A stretch of DNA of 64,000 nt. Source: an uncultured Methanosarcinales archaeon. Its GTDB lineage: Archaea; Nanobdellota; Nanobdellia; Woesearchaeales; CAYZNE01. The position numbers and the translations under genes are program-made. The notes below the pieces were generated by a model, which did no database searches, had not been told where the DNA came from, and saw only the letters and a list, made by a program, of their open reading frames with translations. The DNA lies in contig CAYONI010000004.1 in NCBI GenBank assembly GCA_964405295.1, positions 20,698 to 84,697 of the forward strand. The letters are read 5' to 3'. Shown here in pieces: positions 1-7,948 of this stretch. Numbering within the stretch: position 1 is the stretch's first letter; every line of letters starts with the position of its first letter.

Positions 1-1
1 A

Positions 2-631
2 AAAATTTCTTACCTAGATGATAGTTATGTTTTAGAAGATACTTCTTCAAATCCTACAAAAGAAATTTATGCATCATATCTTGATTCAACTTACTTTGGT
101 TGGGAAGAAAGTTCAGAGCCATATAATTTTAGTATAACTATCTTTGATAGAGCAATGAATTCAATGGTAATTAATAAAAGTATTTTTGTAGATGATACTC
201 CCCCAGAGATTAATATTACCCATTTTAAGTCTGGTGGTATTTCTTTCCCTACAGGACAAAACCCTGAGAATTTATTTAGTAATATTACAACAAGAAACAC
301 TACATTATTTATTAACGGAACTGTTGATGACTCACTTATTAGAGATATTTGTTTAAATATGACTTTTAATGGAATAACTATAGATTTAATCAGTCCTTGT
401 CAAGAGCTTTGTGAAGGTGAAGAGGTTCCTCCTGGTTGTATTCAGAACGGAACTGGCAATTTCCAGTTTAGTTTTGCATTAACTCTTGATTCAAATCAAG
501 TTAATGAAGAAGAATTGTGGAATATAATCACGATCATTGCAACTGATGAAGCTTTTAATCAAGAGGTTAAATCTTTAGCTGCATTGATGGATTGGTTATC
601 ACCTTCTGTTGTAGATGCTGATGTTATATAG
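2..631 (+). CDS. C-terminal part of a large secreted Ig-like-repeat surface protein; the 5' end lies outside the window
   Basis: The frame of the listed 155..631 ORF stays open back to nt 2 (KISYLDDSYVLEDTSSNPTKEIY...), so the ATG at 155 is internal. The sequence is rich in N-x-S/T. The FDRAMNS and TDEAFNQ strands resemble the D-x-A-G-N strand of Big/SbsA-type Ig domains, which also occurs in the next gene. Confidence 0.6.
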   Translation, partial: KISYLDDSYVLEDTSSNPTKEIYASYLDSTYFGWEESSEPYNFSITIFDRAMNSMVINKSIFVDDTPPEINITHFKSGGISFPTGQNPENLFSNITTRNTTLFINGTVDDSLIRDICLNMTFNGITIDLISPCQELCEGEEVPPGCIQNGTGNFQFSFALTLDSNQVNEEELWNIITIIATDEAFNQEVKSLAALMDWLSPSVVDADVI

Positions 632-660
632 GTAGAGATTTATAGAAGAGAAATTTAAAG

Positions 661-3600
661 ATGAGTTTTAGATCAGAAAAAAGAGGTTTAGGTATTTTAA
701 AGAGTGCAATTTTCTTAAAGGTTGCTATATTGTTTCTTTTAATATCTATTCTTAGTTTTAATGTTCTTTCAACTGAGTACTATACTACTAGTGCAGCACC
801 AGTAATTAGTATACTTTTTGATGAACAAATAAATCTTGATTCAATAACTGCGCAGGTTCTTTGCTTAGAGAAACAGGGGATTTGCTTTGATATTTACCAA
901 TCAGGAAATGTTACACAAACTCCTCAGATAGATGTGGCGCTTGAGAATAATAATCTAACCGTTCTTTATTCTCTTGGTCTTATTCCGAATGATAATTATA
1001 CTTTCCATACAACTGTTGAAGACGTAGTTGGTAATTCTCAATCATACGATCTTAGTTTCACAGTTGATGCGCCTTTAATGGATATCTCTGTTGTTTTACC
1101 TAATAATGCTTGGTCAAATGAAATACCTTTTGATGTAGCAATTTCTCCTGAATATAATAATTCTAACTGTTGGTATTTCCCAGGAAATATTCAACGGCCT
1201 CTAACCCCTGATGAAGGTTATACTTTCAATTTCACAAATATTGTTGATGGTGCTCGGTGGTTTTATATTTATGATATAACAAACAATACTGTTACAGATA
1301 CTTATCAAGTAGGGCAAAGCTTGCCTTTTTATGTCGCATGTAATGCAGGTGATGAAAACTATGGTTGGGCAGATTTAACTGTTTATTGGGATACAACTGC
1401 ACCAATTTATTCACTTGAATTTGATCCAAGCCCTTTAACTGATCTTGTTAATCGTATTGTTGATGTAACTGTTACATCTTCTCCTTATGGAAATGGAGAA
1501 AGTGCTGATGAGATTGGTTGTGAAATTGCAATTCTAATTGATAATGGAGCTAATATAACTTCTCCTGTATTTATTCCTTTTGATAGTGTTGGTGGTGATA
1601 TTTCTAAGATTGGTAACTATTCTCAAATTAACACACATGAACTTAATTTTGAAAATATTCCTATAACTGATTTTACTTCACATAGTTATCAATATAAAAT
1701 ACGTTGTAGAAATAAAGCAGGAACATTAGGGGATAATATTACTGAGGATTTAACTGTTCAACTTTCACCAGATTTTTCAATAACCCAAATCAGTCCTGAT
1801 AACTATGTTAATTCTGCAACAATTCCTGTTGAAGTTTTAACAAGTGTTGAAACAATTTGGTGTAATATTTCAAAAGATGGCTTCAATGAGTTAATGTTAA
1901 TAAACACTTCAACTAATAAAAATCATTATTATTATTTATCAAGTGTTTCTGAGGGGTCACATAGTTATGATATAGATTGTAAATCAACTTTTGGTTCTAA
2001 TGATCACTCAAGCATCTCATTCACTGTGGATAGAGTCTCGCCTGATAATGTATCTATAAATACTAATGATTATAGTTGTTCTCTGGCAGAGTTAAGTTTT
2101 AAGTTACATGCAGATGATGATCTATCAGGTGTATCTTATTTCAATTATACTATTACTGGTCCAGAATCAGAATTGATTGCTTCAGATTTGACAAGTGATA
2201 CAACAATAGAATATGATTACACACTTATAGAAAATGAGTCCTATATAATTAAGGTTGTCGCTGTAGATCGAGCTGGAAATCCAAGTTCAAGTGTGACAAA
2301 AACAATTGTTGCAACTGGGCCGGATCTTGTTGAATGTGACACAGTTTCTCCGACAATCAATTTCATTGATGAAAAAGAGCCTGGTGTGACAGTTGTTAAT
2401 ATAACTTGTTCAGATTCTCAGTCTGGATGTAGAGATAGTTTTGATTATAGTCTATTAAATAATCTTAGTGCAGATTGTACTTACTTAACTGCAGGAAGCT
2501 GGTCTACAACAACACAATTTTCTATATGGGAAGATACTAAGTTCTGTATAAGAGCTAAAGATTATAATGATAATGAAAGAGAAGATGATGAAATAATTAC
2601 GGTTACATTTAATGTTTCTACTCATTGTTCAAACGGGTTAATTGATTTTGATGAGTCAGATATAGATTGTGGGGGTACTGAATGTTTTGCTTGTGATGCT
2701 GGATCTGCTTGTTCAAGTGACGATGACTGTAGCACTAATTGGTGTAATAATGGTGTTTGTGATACTCCCGCTTGTGATGATACTATTTTAAATGGTCTTG
2801 AAACTGATGTTGATTGTGGTGGAAATTGTGATGGATGCGAAATTAATAAGACCTGTGTGTTAAATGATGATTGTTTAAGTTTTTGGTGTAATGAATCTGT
2901 TTGTGCAGCATCTTCTTGTGAAGATTATGTTGTCAATGGTCTTGAAACTGATGTTGATTGTGGTGGTCTTGAGTGTATGCCTTGTGATAATGGCCAGAAT
3001 TGTTTTGAAGATTTTGATTGTGTTTCTAATTATTGTAATTATGGTATTTGTGAAGAAATGATTCCTATTAATCCTATTGATGATGAAAAATTAAACATTA
3101 TCTCATTAATTCTTTTAATTTTGGGGATATTATTTATTCTTGTAGGTGTAGGTTATATTTTATATGAGCATTACTATCTTAAACCTAAAGAAACAACTAT
3201 TAGTACTGAAACGCATTTTGCACGTCCAGTTAAACATAAACTTTCTCCTGAAGAAATAAAAAGATTACATAAGAAAAGATTAATGATGAAAGAAAAGTTT
3301 AAGAAAAGGTCAAGTTCTATGAAAGATAAGTTTTCAACAAAGTTATCTACTTTTGATGAAGAAACTAAAGAAATAAAATCTGATAAAGATAAAGAGGAAT
3401 CAGAAAAAGCTAAGAAAGTTATGGAAAAGATTAGTAAGTTGTCTGATAAAGAAGTTACTCCTAAAGACAAGGAGTATGAAAAATTAGATAAAGGCTTAGA
3501 AGAAGATTATGTTGCGTTAGGAGATCTTAAAAAGAATGTTGTTGATAAACTTAAAGATGATCCTAAGTTTAATGATAAAGTTGCAGAGGATGTGTTTGCT

Positions 3601-4107
3601 GCACTTGATAAAATGCAATTAGGTGTTGATAAAAAAACCAAGATAAAAGATGATTATAAAGAACGTGAAAATTCTGACAAAAATTATGTTACTGAAGAAG
3701 ATTTTAAGAAGTTAGATGAAGTTATAAAAAAATCTAAAGAAGAAAAAGGTAAATCTGGAAAAATAATTGAGTCTAACAAGAAAGAACAACTTGTCTCTGT
3801 TCAGGATAAAGAAGATGTGTTTTCTGCTCTTGATGATCTTGCCTCAGGGTCTAAAGCTAAAAATAAGTCAGAGAAGGTTGATTTTTCTGCAAGAAAATTA
3901 TTTAATTCTGATGACTTAGTTAATTTATTTAAGAAAAAAGAGTTAAGTGCAGACGTTTTTAAAGTTATACTTTCTGAGTTATTAAATTCAGGCAAATTAA
4001 CAAAGGCTGATGTTTCTGGAATAGTATTTAGATTATTAGAACAAGATCTTCTTGAAAAAGATATTGCACATAAAATTTTAAAAGATTTAAAGTTAATAAA
4101 AGAATAA
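661..4107 (+). CDS. Giant type I membrane surface protein: Ig-like repeats, three Cys-rich modules, one TM helix and a long charged cytoplasmic tail
   Basis: 1148-aa ORF. The N-terminus is a basic stretch plus a hydrophobic helix (EKRGLGILKSAIFLKVAILFLLISILSF). About 640 aa follow that are beta-rich and sequon-rich, with recurring D-x-x-G-N strands (VEDVVGNSQ, AVDRAGNPS). Three Cys-rich modules lie at 2626-3051 and a TM helix (LNIISLILLILGILFILVGVGYILY) at about 3094-3165. The last ~310 aa form a K/E/D-rich tail. Confidence 0.85.
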   Translation: MSFRSEKRGLGILKSAIFLKVAILFLLISILSFNVLSTEYYTTSAAPVISILFDEQINLDSITAQVLCLEKQGICFDIYQSGNVTQTPQIDVALENNNLTVLYSLGLIPNDNYTFHTTVEDVVGNSQSYDLSFTVDAPLMDISVVLPNNAWSNEIPFDVAISPEYNNSNCWYFPGNIQRPLTPDEGYTFNFTNIVDGARWFYIYDITNNTVTDTYQVGQSLPFYVACNAGDENYGWADLTVYWDTTAPIYSLEFDPSPLTDLVNRIVDVTVTSSPYGNGESADEIGCEIAILIDNGANITSPVFIPFDSVGGDISKIGNYSQINTHELNFENIPITDFTSHSYQYKIRCRNKAGTLGDNITEDLTVQLSPDFSITQISPDNYVNSATIPVEVLTSVETIWCNISKDGFNELMLINTSTNKNHYYYLSSVSEGSHSYDIDCKSTFGSNDHSSISFTVDRVSPDNVSINTNDYSCSLAELSFKLHADDDLSGVSYFNYTITGPESELIASDLTSDTTIEYDYTLIENESYIIKVVAVDRAGNPSSSVTKTIVATGPDLVECDTVSPTINFIDEKEPGVTVVNITCSDSQSGCRDSFDYSLLNNLSADCTYLTAGSWSTTTQFSIWEDTKFCIRAKDYNDNEREDDEIITVTFNVSTHCSNGLIDFDESDIDCGGTECFACDAGSACSSDDDCSTNWCNNGVCDTPACDDTILNGLETDVDCGGNCDGCEINKTCVLNDDCLSFWCNESVCAASSCEDYVVNGLETDVDCGGLECMPCDNGQNCFEDFDCVSNYCNYGICEEMIPINPIDDEKLNIISLILLILGILFILVGVGYILYEHYYLKPKETTISTETHFARPVKHKLSPEEIKRLHKKRLMMKEKFKKRSSSMKDKFSTKLSTFDEETKEIKSDKDKEESEKAKKVMEKISKLSDKEVTPKDKEYEKLDKGLEEDYVALGDLKKNVVDKLKDDPKFNDKVAEDVFAALDKMQLGVDKKTKIKDDYKERENSDKNYVTEEDFKKLDEVIKKSKEEKGKSGKIIESNKKEQLVSVQDKEDVFSALDDLASGSKAKNKSEKVDFSARKLFNSDDLVNLFKKKELSADVFKVILSELLNSGKLTKADVSGIVFRLLEQDLLEKDIAHKILKDLKLIKE
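2626..3051 (+). repeat. Three tandem ~48-aa cysteine-rich modules (consensus C-x5-NG-x-ETDVDCGG-x2-C-x2-C-x5-C-x5-C-x4-C-x4-C) inside the 1148-aa gene
   Basis: The modules start at 2626, 2773 and 2917. An exact 32-nt repeat aatggtcttgaaactgatgttgattgtggtgg occurs at 2791-2822 and 2935-2966, a 144-nt period. Confidence 0.9.
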
Positions 4108-4108
4108 A

Positions 4109-4624
4109 ATGAATCGTAAAGCTGCAGTAAAACAAGTATTCACATTTTTAATGGTCGCAATATTAATAGGTTTAGTGTTTTTATTCGGTATAAAAGCTAT
4201 TGCAGGAATCATGAAAGATACTTGTGATGCAGATGTTGCTCTTTTCACAAAGCAAATTAATGAATTTGTTAATAAATATAATACTTATGGTTCAGATAGA
4301 GAAGAAAGAGTTATTCTTCCATGTGAACATTCTTTTGTGTGTTTTATTGATAAGGATATTATTGGTACACCAACAACGATTTTTCCAAATCCTGATATAG
4401 TAATTAATCCTATGATTGAACAGAGTATTCTTGCTAATGTTAGTTATAATATTTTTCTAATAAAAAATAATATCGCAACTCCTATTGGTTATTCAGATAA
4501 GTTAGTAGTAGGTGAGCCTTATAATTATCTTTGTATGCAACCAACAGGTAATAAGGTTGTAATAAGATTTGTTGGTAAGGGAAGAACAACAGAAGTAAAT
4601 TTGCCTCAATTAGGAGTGGTTTAA
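4109..4624 (+). CDS. Small helix-anchored protein, possible type IV pilin-like subunit (family not recognised)
   Basis: 171 aa. It starts 1 nt after the stop of the 1148-aa gene. The N-terminus MNRKAAVKQVFTFLMVAILIGLVFLFGI is a basic stretch followed by one hydrophobic helix. The globular part contains Cys. Confidence 0.45.
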   Translation: MNRKAAVKQVFTFLMVAILIGLVFLFGIKAIAGIMKDTCDADVALFTKQINEFVNKYNTYGSDREERVILPCEHSFVCFIDKDIIGTPTTIFPNPDIVINPMIEQSILANVSYNIFLIKNNIATPIGYSDKLVVGEPYNYLCMQPTGNKVVIRFVGKGRTTEVNLPQLGVV

Positions 4625-5641
4625 TTGTTTTTTCAAAAAAGAGCATTTACTATACAATTTAGTTGGATATTTATTTTAATAGTGGGATTTATGGTAATGC
4701 TTTTTGTTATAACTTCTATAAGTAAGCAGGGAGAGGTTTCAACATCAGATGTTAATGTTGAGATTCTACAAAATGTTGATTCAATTATTAGTACTTCTTG
4801 GCAAAGTGTTAACACTTTTAAAATTGTAAACACACCTAAAATAACTATTGAGTATATATGTGAAGATAATTATTCTGCCTATTCTGTTAATTCTAAGTTG
4901 CGTAGAGTAGATGATCTCATAATTTTTGCACCAAAACAAATTGACGGAAAAAAGATTTTTACATGGTCAAAAGAATATAAGATGCCAATGAAAATTGTTA
5001 ATGTTCTTTACTTAACTAATGAAAAACACAAATATATTTTTGTTAATTCTTCCACTAATAATGTAATGAGATTTTTATCTTCTAATTTTCCAGAAAATAT
5101 GACTTTTGAAACAGTTAATCCAGGATTTGATTTAGAAGATGGAAATTTTGATATGTATACAATTATTTCTACAGACGAAGATTATAATGGTGCTGGTGTT
5201 CCTGCATCTATCAGGAAAAAAACAAAAGTGGTGATAATAAATACTTCATCAGGAAATTATCAGAATGGTAATGTAAGTTTTTATTCTTTTAACAATGAAG
5301 GGCTTTTGGAGTTTGACGGAGAAGGTGTTTATCTTGATGAATCAACACTTTATGGTGCGATTTTTAGTAGTGGAATTTCTGATTATGAATGTACTATAGA
5401 TAAGTTAATGAGAAAGTCAAAGAATTTATATCAAATTTATCATAATGTTGCTGAAAAAGAACGAGATGCTTCTTCAAAAGCAATATGTATTTCAGCTTAT
5501 TATCCTGCGGTCATTGATATGCTAGTATACCTTAATGACTCAATTGATGCAAGGAATTATGAAGAGATTGTAATGGCAGGTTACAGTTTGGATGGTTCAA
5601 ATAAAAATCTAAGGAAATATGGGTGCCCTTTAATTTATTAA
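4625..5641 (+). CDS. Helix-anchored protein, possible pilin-like subunit (family not recognised)
   Basis: 338 aa. A TTG start lies directly after the TAA of the previous gene, with AGGAGTG about 7 nt upstream. The N-terminus is FFQKRAFTIQFSWIFILIVGFMVMLFVI. Confidence 0.45.
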   Translation: MFFQKRAFTIQFSWIFILIVGFMVMLFVITSISKQGEVSTSDVNVEILQNVDSIISTSWQSVNTFKIVNTPKITIEYICEDNYSAYSVNSKLRRVDDLIIFAPKQIDGKKIFTWSKEYKMPMKIVNVLYLTNEKHKYIFVNSSTNNVMRFLSSNFPENMTFETVNPGFDLEDGNFDMYTIISTDEDYNGAGVPASIRKKTKVVIINTSSGNYQNGNVSFYSFNNEGLLEFDGEGVYLDESTLYGAIFSSGISDYECTIDKLMRKSKNLYQIYHNVAEKERDASSKAICISAYYPAVIDMLVYLNDSIDARNYEEIVMAGYSLDGSNKNLRKYGCPLIY

Positions 5642-5642
5642 A

Positions 5643-6155
5643 ATGATTTCAATAAAAAGGTTTAGAAGGAAAGCGCAATTGCAAATGACTGAAAACATTG
5701 CAATAATTATGATAATTGTATTTATTCTAATATTTGGTTTTGTGTTTTATAGTAAGGTTCGTTCTGCATCTATTAAGGGTAAACTAAAAGAGTATTCTGA
5801 ACTTGATTTAGTTAAAGCTTCACAAACAATTTCCTCTTTGCCTGAGTTATCTTGTTCTCGAGAATCTTTAACAGATGTTGGCTGTATAAATAAGTTGAAG
5901 CTAGAAGCATTCATAGAGTTGGGTTTACAAGAGGAATATTATGAATATTACCGAGAGTTATTTGGTAAATCTAAAGTAACATTTAATTCAACGTTCCCTG
6001 ATGATACAATTAATATTGAATTATACAATAACCCTTTTGATGGTATTAATAATAAAGATTCAATTTTTATTCCTATAAATATTTTTGATCCAATAAATGA
6101 TACTGTTAATTTTGGTTATGTTCAAATAACTAAGTATACACAACCTTTAATTTAA
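5643..6155 (+). CDS. Small helix-anchored protein, possible pilin-like subunit (family not recognised)
   Basis: 170 aa, with a 1-nt gap to the previous gene. The N-terminus MISIKRFRRKAQLQMTENIAIIMIIVFILIFGFVFY has K-A-Q followed by an acidic residue and a hydrophobic helix. Confidence 0.45.
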   Translation: MISIKRFRRKAQLQMTENIAIIMIIVFILIFGFVFYSKVRSASIKGKLKEYSELDLVKASQTISSLPELSCSRESLTDVGCINKLKLEAFIELGLQEEYYEYYRELFGKSKVTFNSTFPDDTINIELYNNPFDGINNKDSIFIPINIFDPINDTVNFGYVQITKYTQPLI

Positions 6156-6156
6156 A

Positions 6157-6672
6157 ATGGCAGATAAAAAAAAATCTAAGTTTGGGCAAGTAGAAATAAT
6201 GGGTTTATTAATAGTTGTAATATTAGTTGTTGTGGTAATTTTTTTAGTTGTTAGTTTTAGTGCTAAAACTCCTCCAAGAAATATTCAAACAACATATATG
6301 AATGATCAAATGTCAACTGCATTTATTCTTGCTTTGCTTGATACGAGCACTGAGTGCGGTAATTCTGTAAGTATATCTGAAGTTATAGCTGATTGTGCTG
6401 CGTTTGACAGAATAAAGTGTCCTGGTGGTAATTCTTGCACTTATTTAAACGAATCCTTAGATGATATGTTTAACTCAACCCTAGTAGAGTGGGGTGTAGG
6501 ATTTGTATTTACCATGCATCATATATCCTTTGATAATCCTGGGCTAAATAATTTTACTTTTTCTCAGGGTTGTGGTTATGGATCGATTGCTCAGAGAGAA
6601 ACTTTTCAGATTATTCCTTTATGGCCTAGACCTGATGATGTTAAAGTTAGAATAAAGATCTGTGATAGTTAG
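6157..6672 (+). CDS. Small helix-anchored protein, possible pilin-like subunit (family not recognised)
   Basis: 171 aa, with a 1-nt gap to the previous gene. The N-terminus MADKKKSKFGQVEIMGLLIVVILVVVVIFLVV has K-x-G-Q-x-E followed by a hydrophobic helix. The globular part contains Cys. Confidence 0.45.
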   Translation: MADKKKSKFGQVEIMGLLIVVILVVVVIFLVVSFSAKTPPRNIQTTYMNDQMSTAFILALLDTSTECGNSVSISEVIADCAAFDRIKCPGGNSCTYLNESLDDMFNSTLVEWGVGFVFTMHHISFDNPGLNNFTFSQGCGYGSIAQRETFQIIPLWPRPDDVKVRIKICDS

Positions 6673-7947
6673 TTAATTACACTTCTCCCAAATATTATAT
6701 TGGTGTTTCTTGAAATACTCTGGAAGGTTTATAATATATATAATCATGATTACAAACCAGAATGGTGCCATAAATAATAATGGAATTAAGTGCCACATGG
6801 TGAATTTCTTCTCATACTTGATTATTGCAATTAAGAATAAAGGATAAGTGAGTAGTGTAACAATTATGCTTATTGCAACAAGAAAACTTAGTTCTATATT
6901 GCCATTAATTATGTTTGTAATCCATCTTATTACTCCTGCTATGGAGAACCATTCAATAAAATATCTTAACACTTCTCCACTAAAAATAACCCCCTTAGAA
7001 GAAAAATATAGTATGTATCCAGAGGTTATGTTATAGATTGTAACAATGCCCATGATTACTCCTTGGATATATGTAAAAAGCATTAATGGGAGAGAATAAA
7101 TATCTATCATCGTATTCCCTATCTGCATATGTTTCTTAAAAATATTAAGCCATCCTTTTGCAAATCTTGTTCTTTGTTTTCCAAATCCTTTAACTGTATA
7201 TGGCATATTTGTTTCTGTTACACTCTTTTCACTAAACGCGATTTTGTAGCCTTTTCTTATTAGTCTAATTGTTACATCAACATCTTCTGAAAACCCTTTT
7301 GTGCTAAAGCCATTAATCTTTTCAAGAGCCTTCCTTTTATACATGCTAAGTGGCCCTGGTGTAACAATATTTGCGTGTATCTTGCTGAAAAGCATTCTAA
7401 TAAGTGAATTATATAGTTGTTCAATGTGGACCCATAGGCTTATGAACTTCTTTTTGTTTTTTAATTTAATAACTCCACATGCACCTGCATATTCTTTTGG
7501 AGATAGTACTTTTGCAAGCTCCACAAGAGAATCTTTCGCGATTATACTATCTGCATCTACAATAGCAATTAATTCACTTTGTGTATATTTTAATGCAGTG
7601 TTTATCGCATTTGATTTGCCGCCATGGTTTAATTTAATTAATTTTACAGATACATTACTTGGTTTTCCTTTGATTGCTTTTTTTATTTCTAATATTGTTT
7701 TATCTTTGCTTCCATCATCAATAACGATTATATCTTTCTTGCCGTTGAAATCTGCATTAATAGCTGCAATCAAACAATCTTTAATATATGGTTCTTCATT
7801 GTACGCAGGTATTATTATTGTAAGAGATTTGCCTGTTTTGCCAGGCTTTTTTTTCTTAGGTTTAATAAAAACAAGAACATAGTAAGATAAAACTACAAGA
7901 AAAAAGATTACTGTTATTATGTTTGCAAGTATTGCTAAAATACTCAT
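6673..7947 (-). CDS. Membrane-integrated family 2 glycosyltransferase, processive synthase type (PgaC/IcaA/NodC-like)
   Basis: Motifs seen are IIIPAYNEE, VIDDGSKD, GGKSNAIN, IVDADS, SEDVDVT and QRTRFAKGW (a Q-x-x-R-W variant), with TM helices on both sides. ATG 7947 lies 1 nt after the upstream stop. The ORF track starts at TTG 7956. Confidence 0.8.
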   Translation of the reverse strand: MSILAILANIITVIFFLVVLSYYVLVFIKPKKKKPGKTGKSLTIIIPAYNEEPYIKDCLIAAINADFNGKKDIIVIDDGSKDKTILEIKKAIKGKPSNVSVKLIKLNHGGKSNAINTALKYTQSELIAIVDADSIIAKDSLVELAKVLSPKEYAGACGVIKLKNKKKFISLWVHIEQLYNSLIRMLFSKIHANIVTPGPLSMYKRKALEKINGFSTKGFSEDVDVTIRLIRKGYKIAFSEKSVTETNMPYTVKGFGKQRTRFAKGWLNIFKKHMQIGNTMIDIYSLPLMLFTYIQGVIMGIVTIYNITSGYILYFSSKGVIFSGEVLRYFIEWFSIAGVIRWITNIINGNIELSFLVAISIIVTLLTYPLFLIAIIKYEKKFTMWHLIPLLFMAPFWFVIMIIYIINLPEYFKKHQYNIWEKCN

Positions 7948-7948
7948 T

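Noticed and set aside
661-780. N-terminus of the 1148-aa protein (EKRG/LGILKS...) considered as a class III prepilin signal
   Set aside because: The protein also has a C-terminal TM helix and a large tail. The N-terminal h-region followed by NVLS/TEY is equally consistent with an ordinary Sec signal peptide, so it cannot be distinguished by eye.
3174-3995. Antisense ORFs (3174-3470, 3801-3995) in the tail region of the 1148-aa gene
   Set aside because: They are mirror frames of a K/E-rich coding region, giving L/S/F-rich products with no independent start signals.
7301-7882. 193-aa plus-strand ORF inside the GT2 gene (also 6848-7036 and 8778-8969)
   Set aside because: These are antisense to genes with clear GT2 catalytic motifs and have hydrophobic low-complexity translations.
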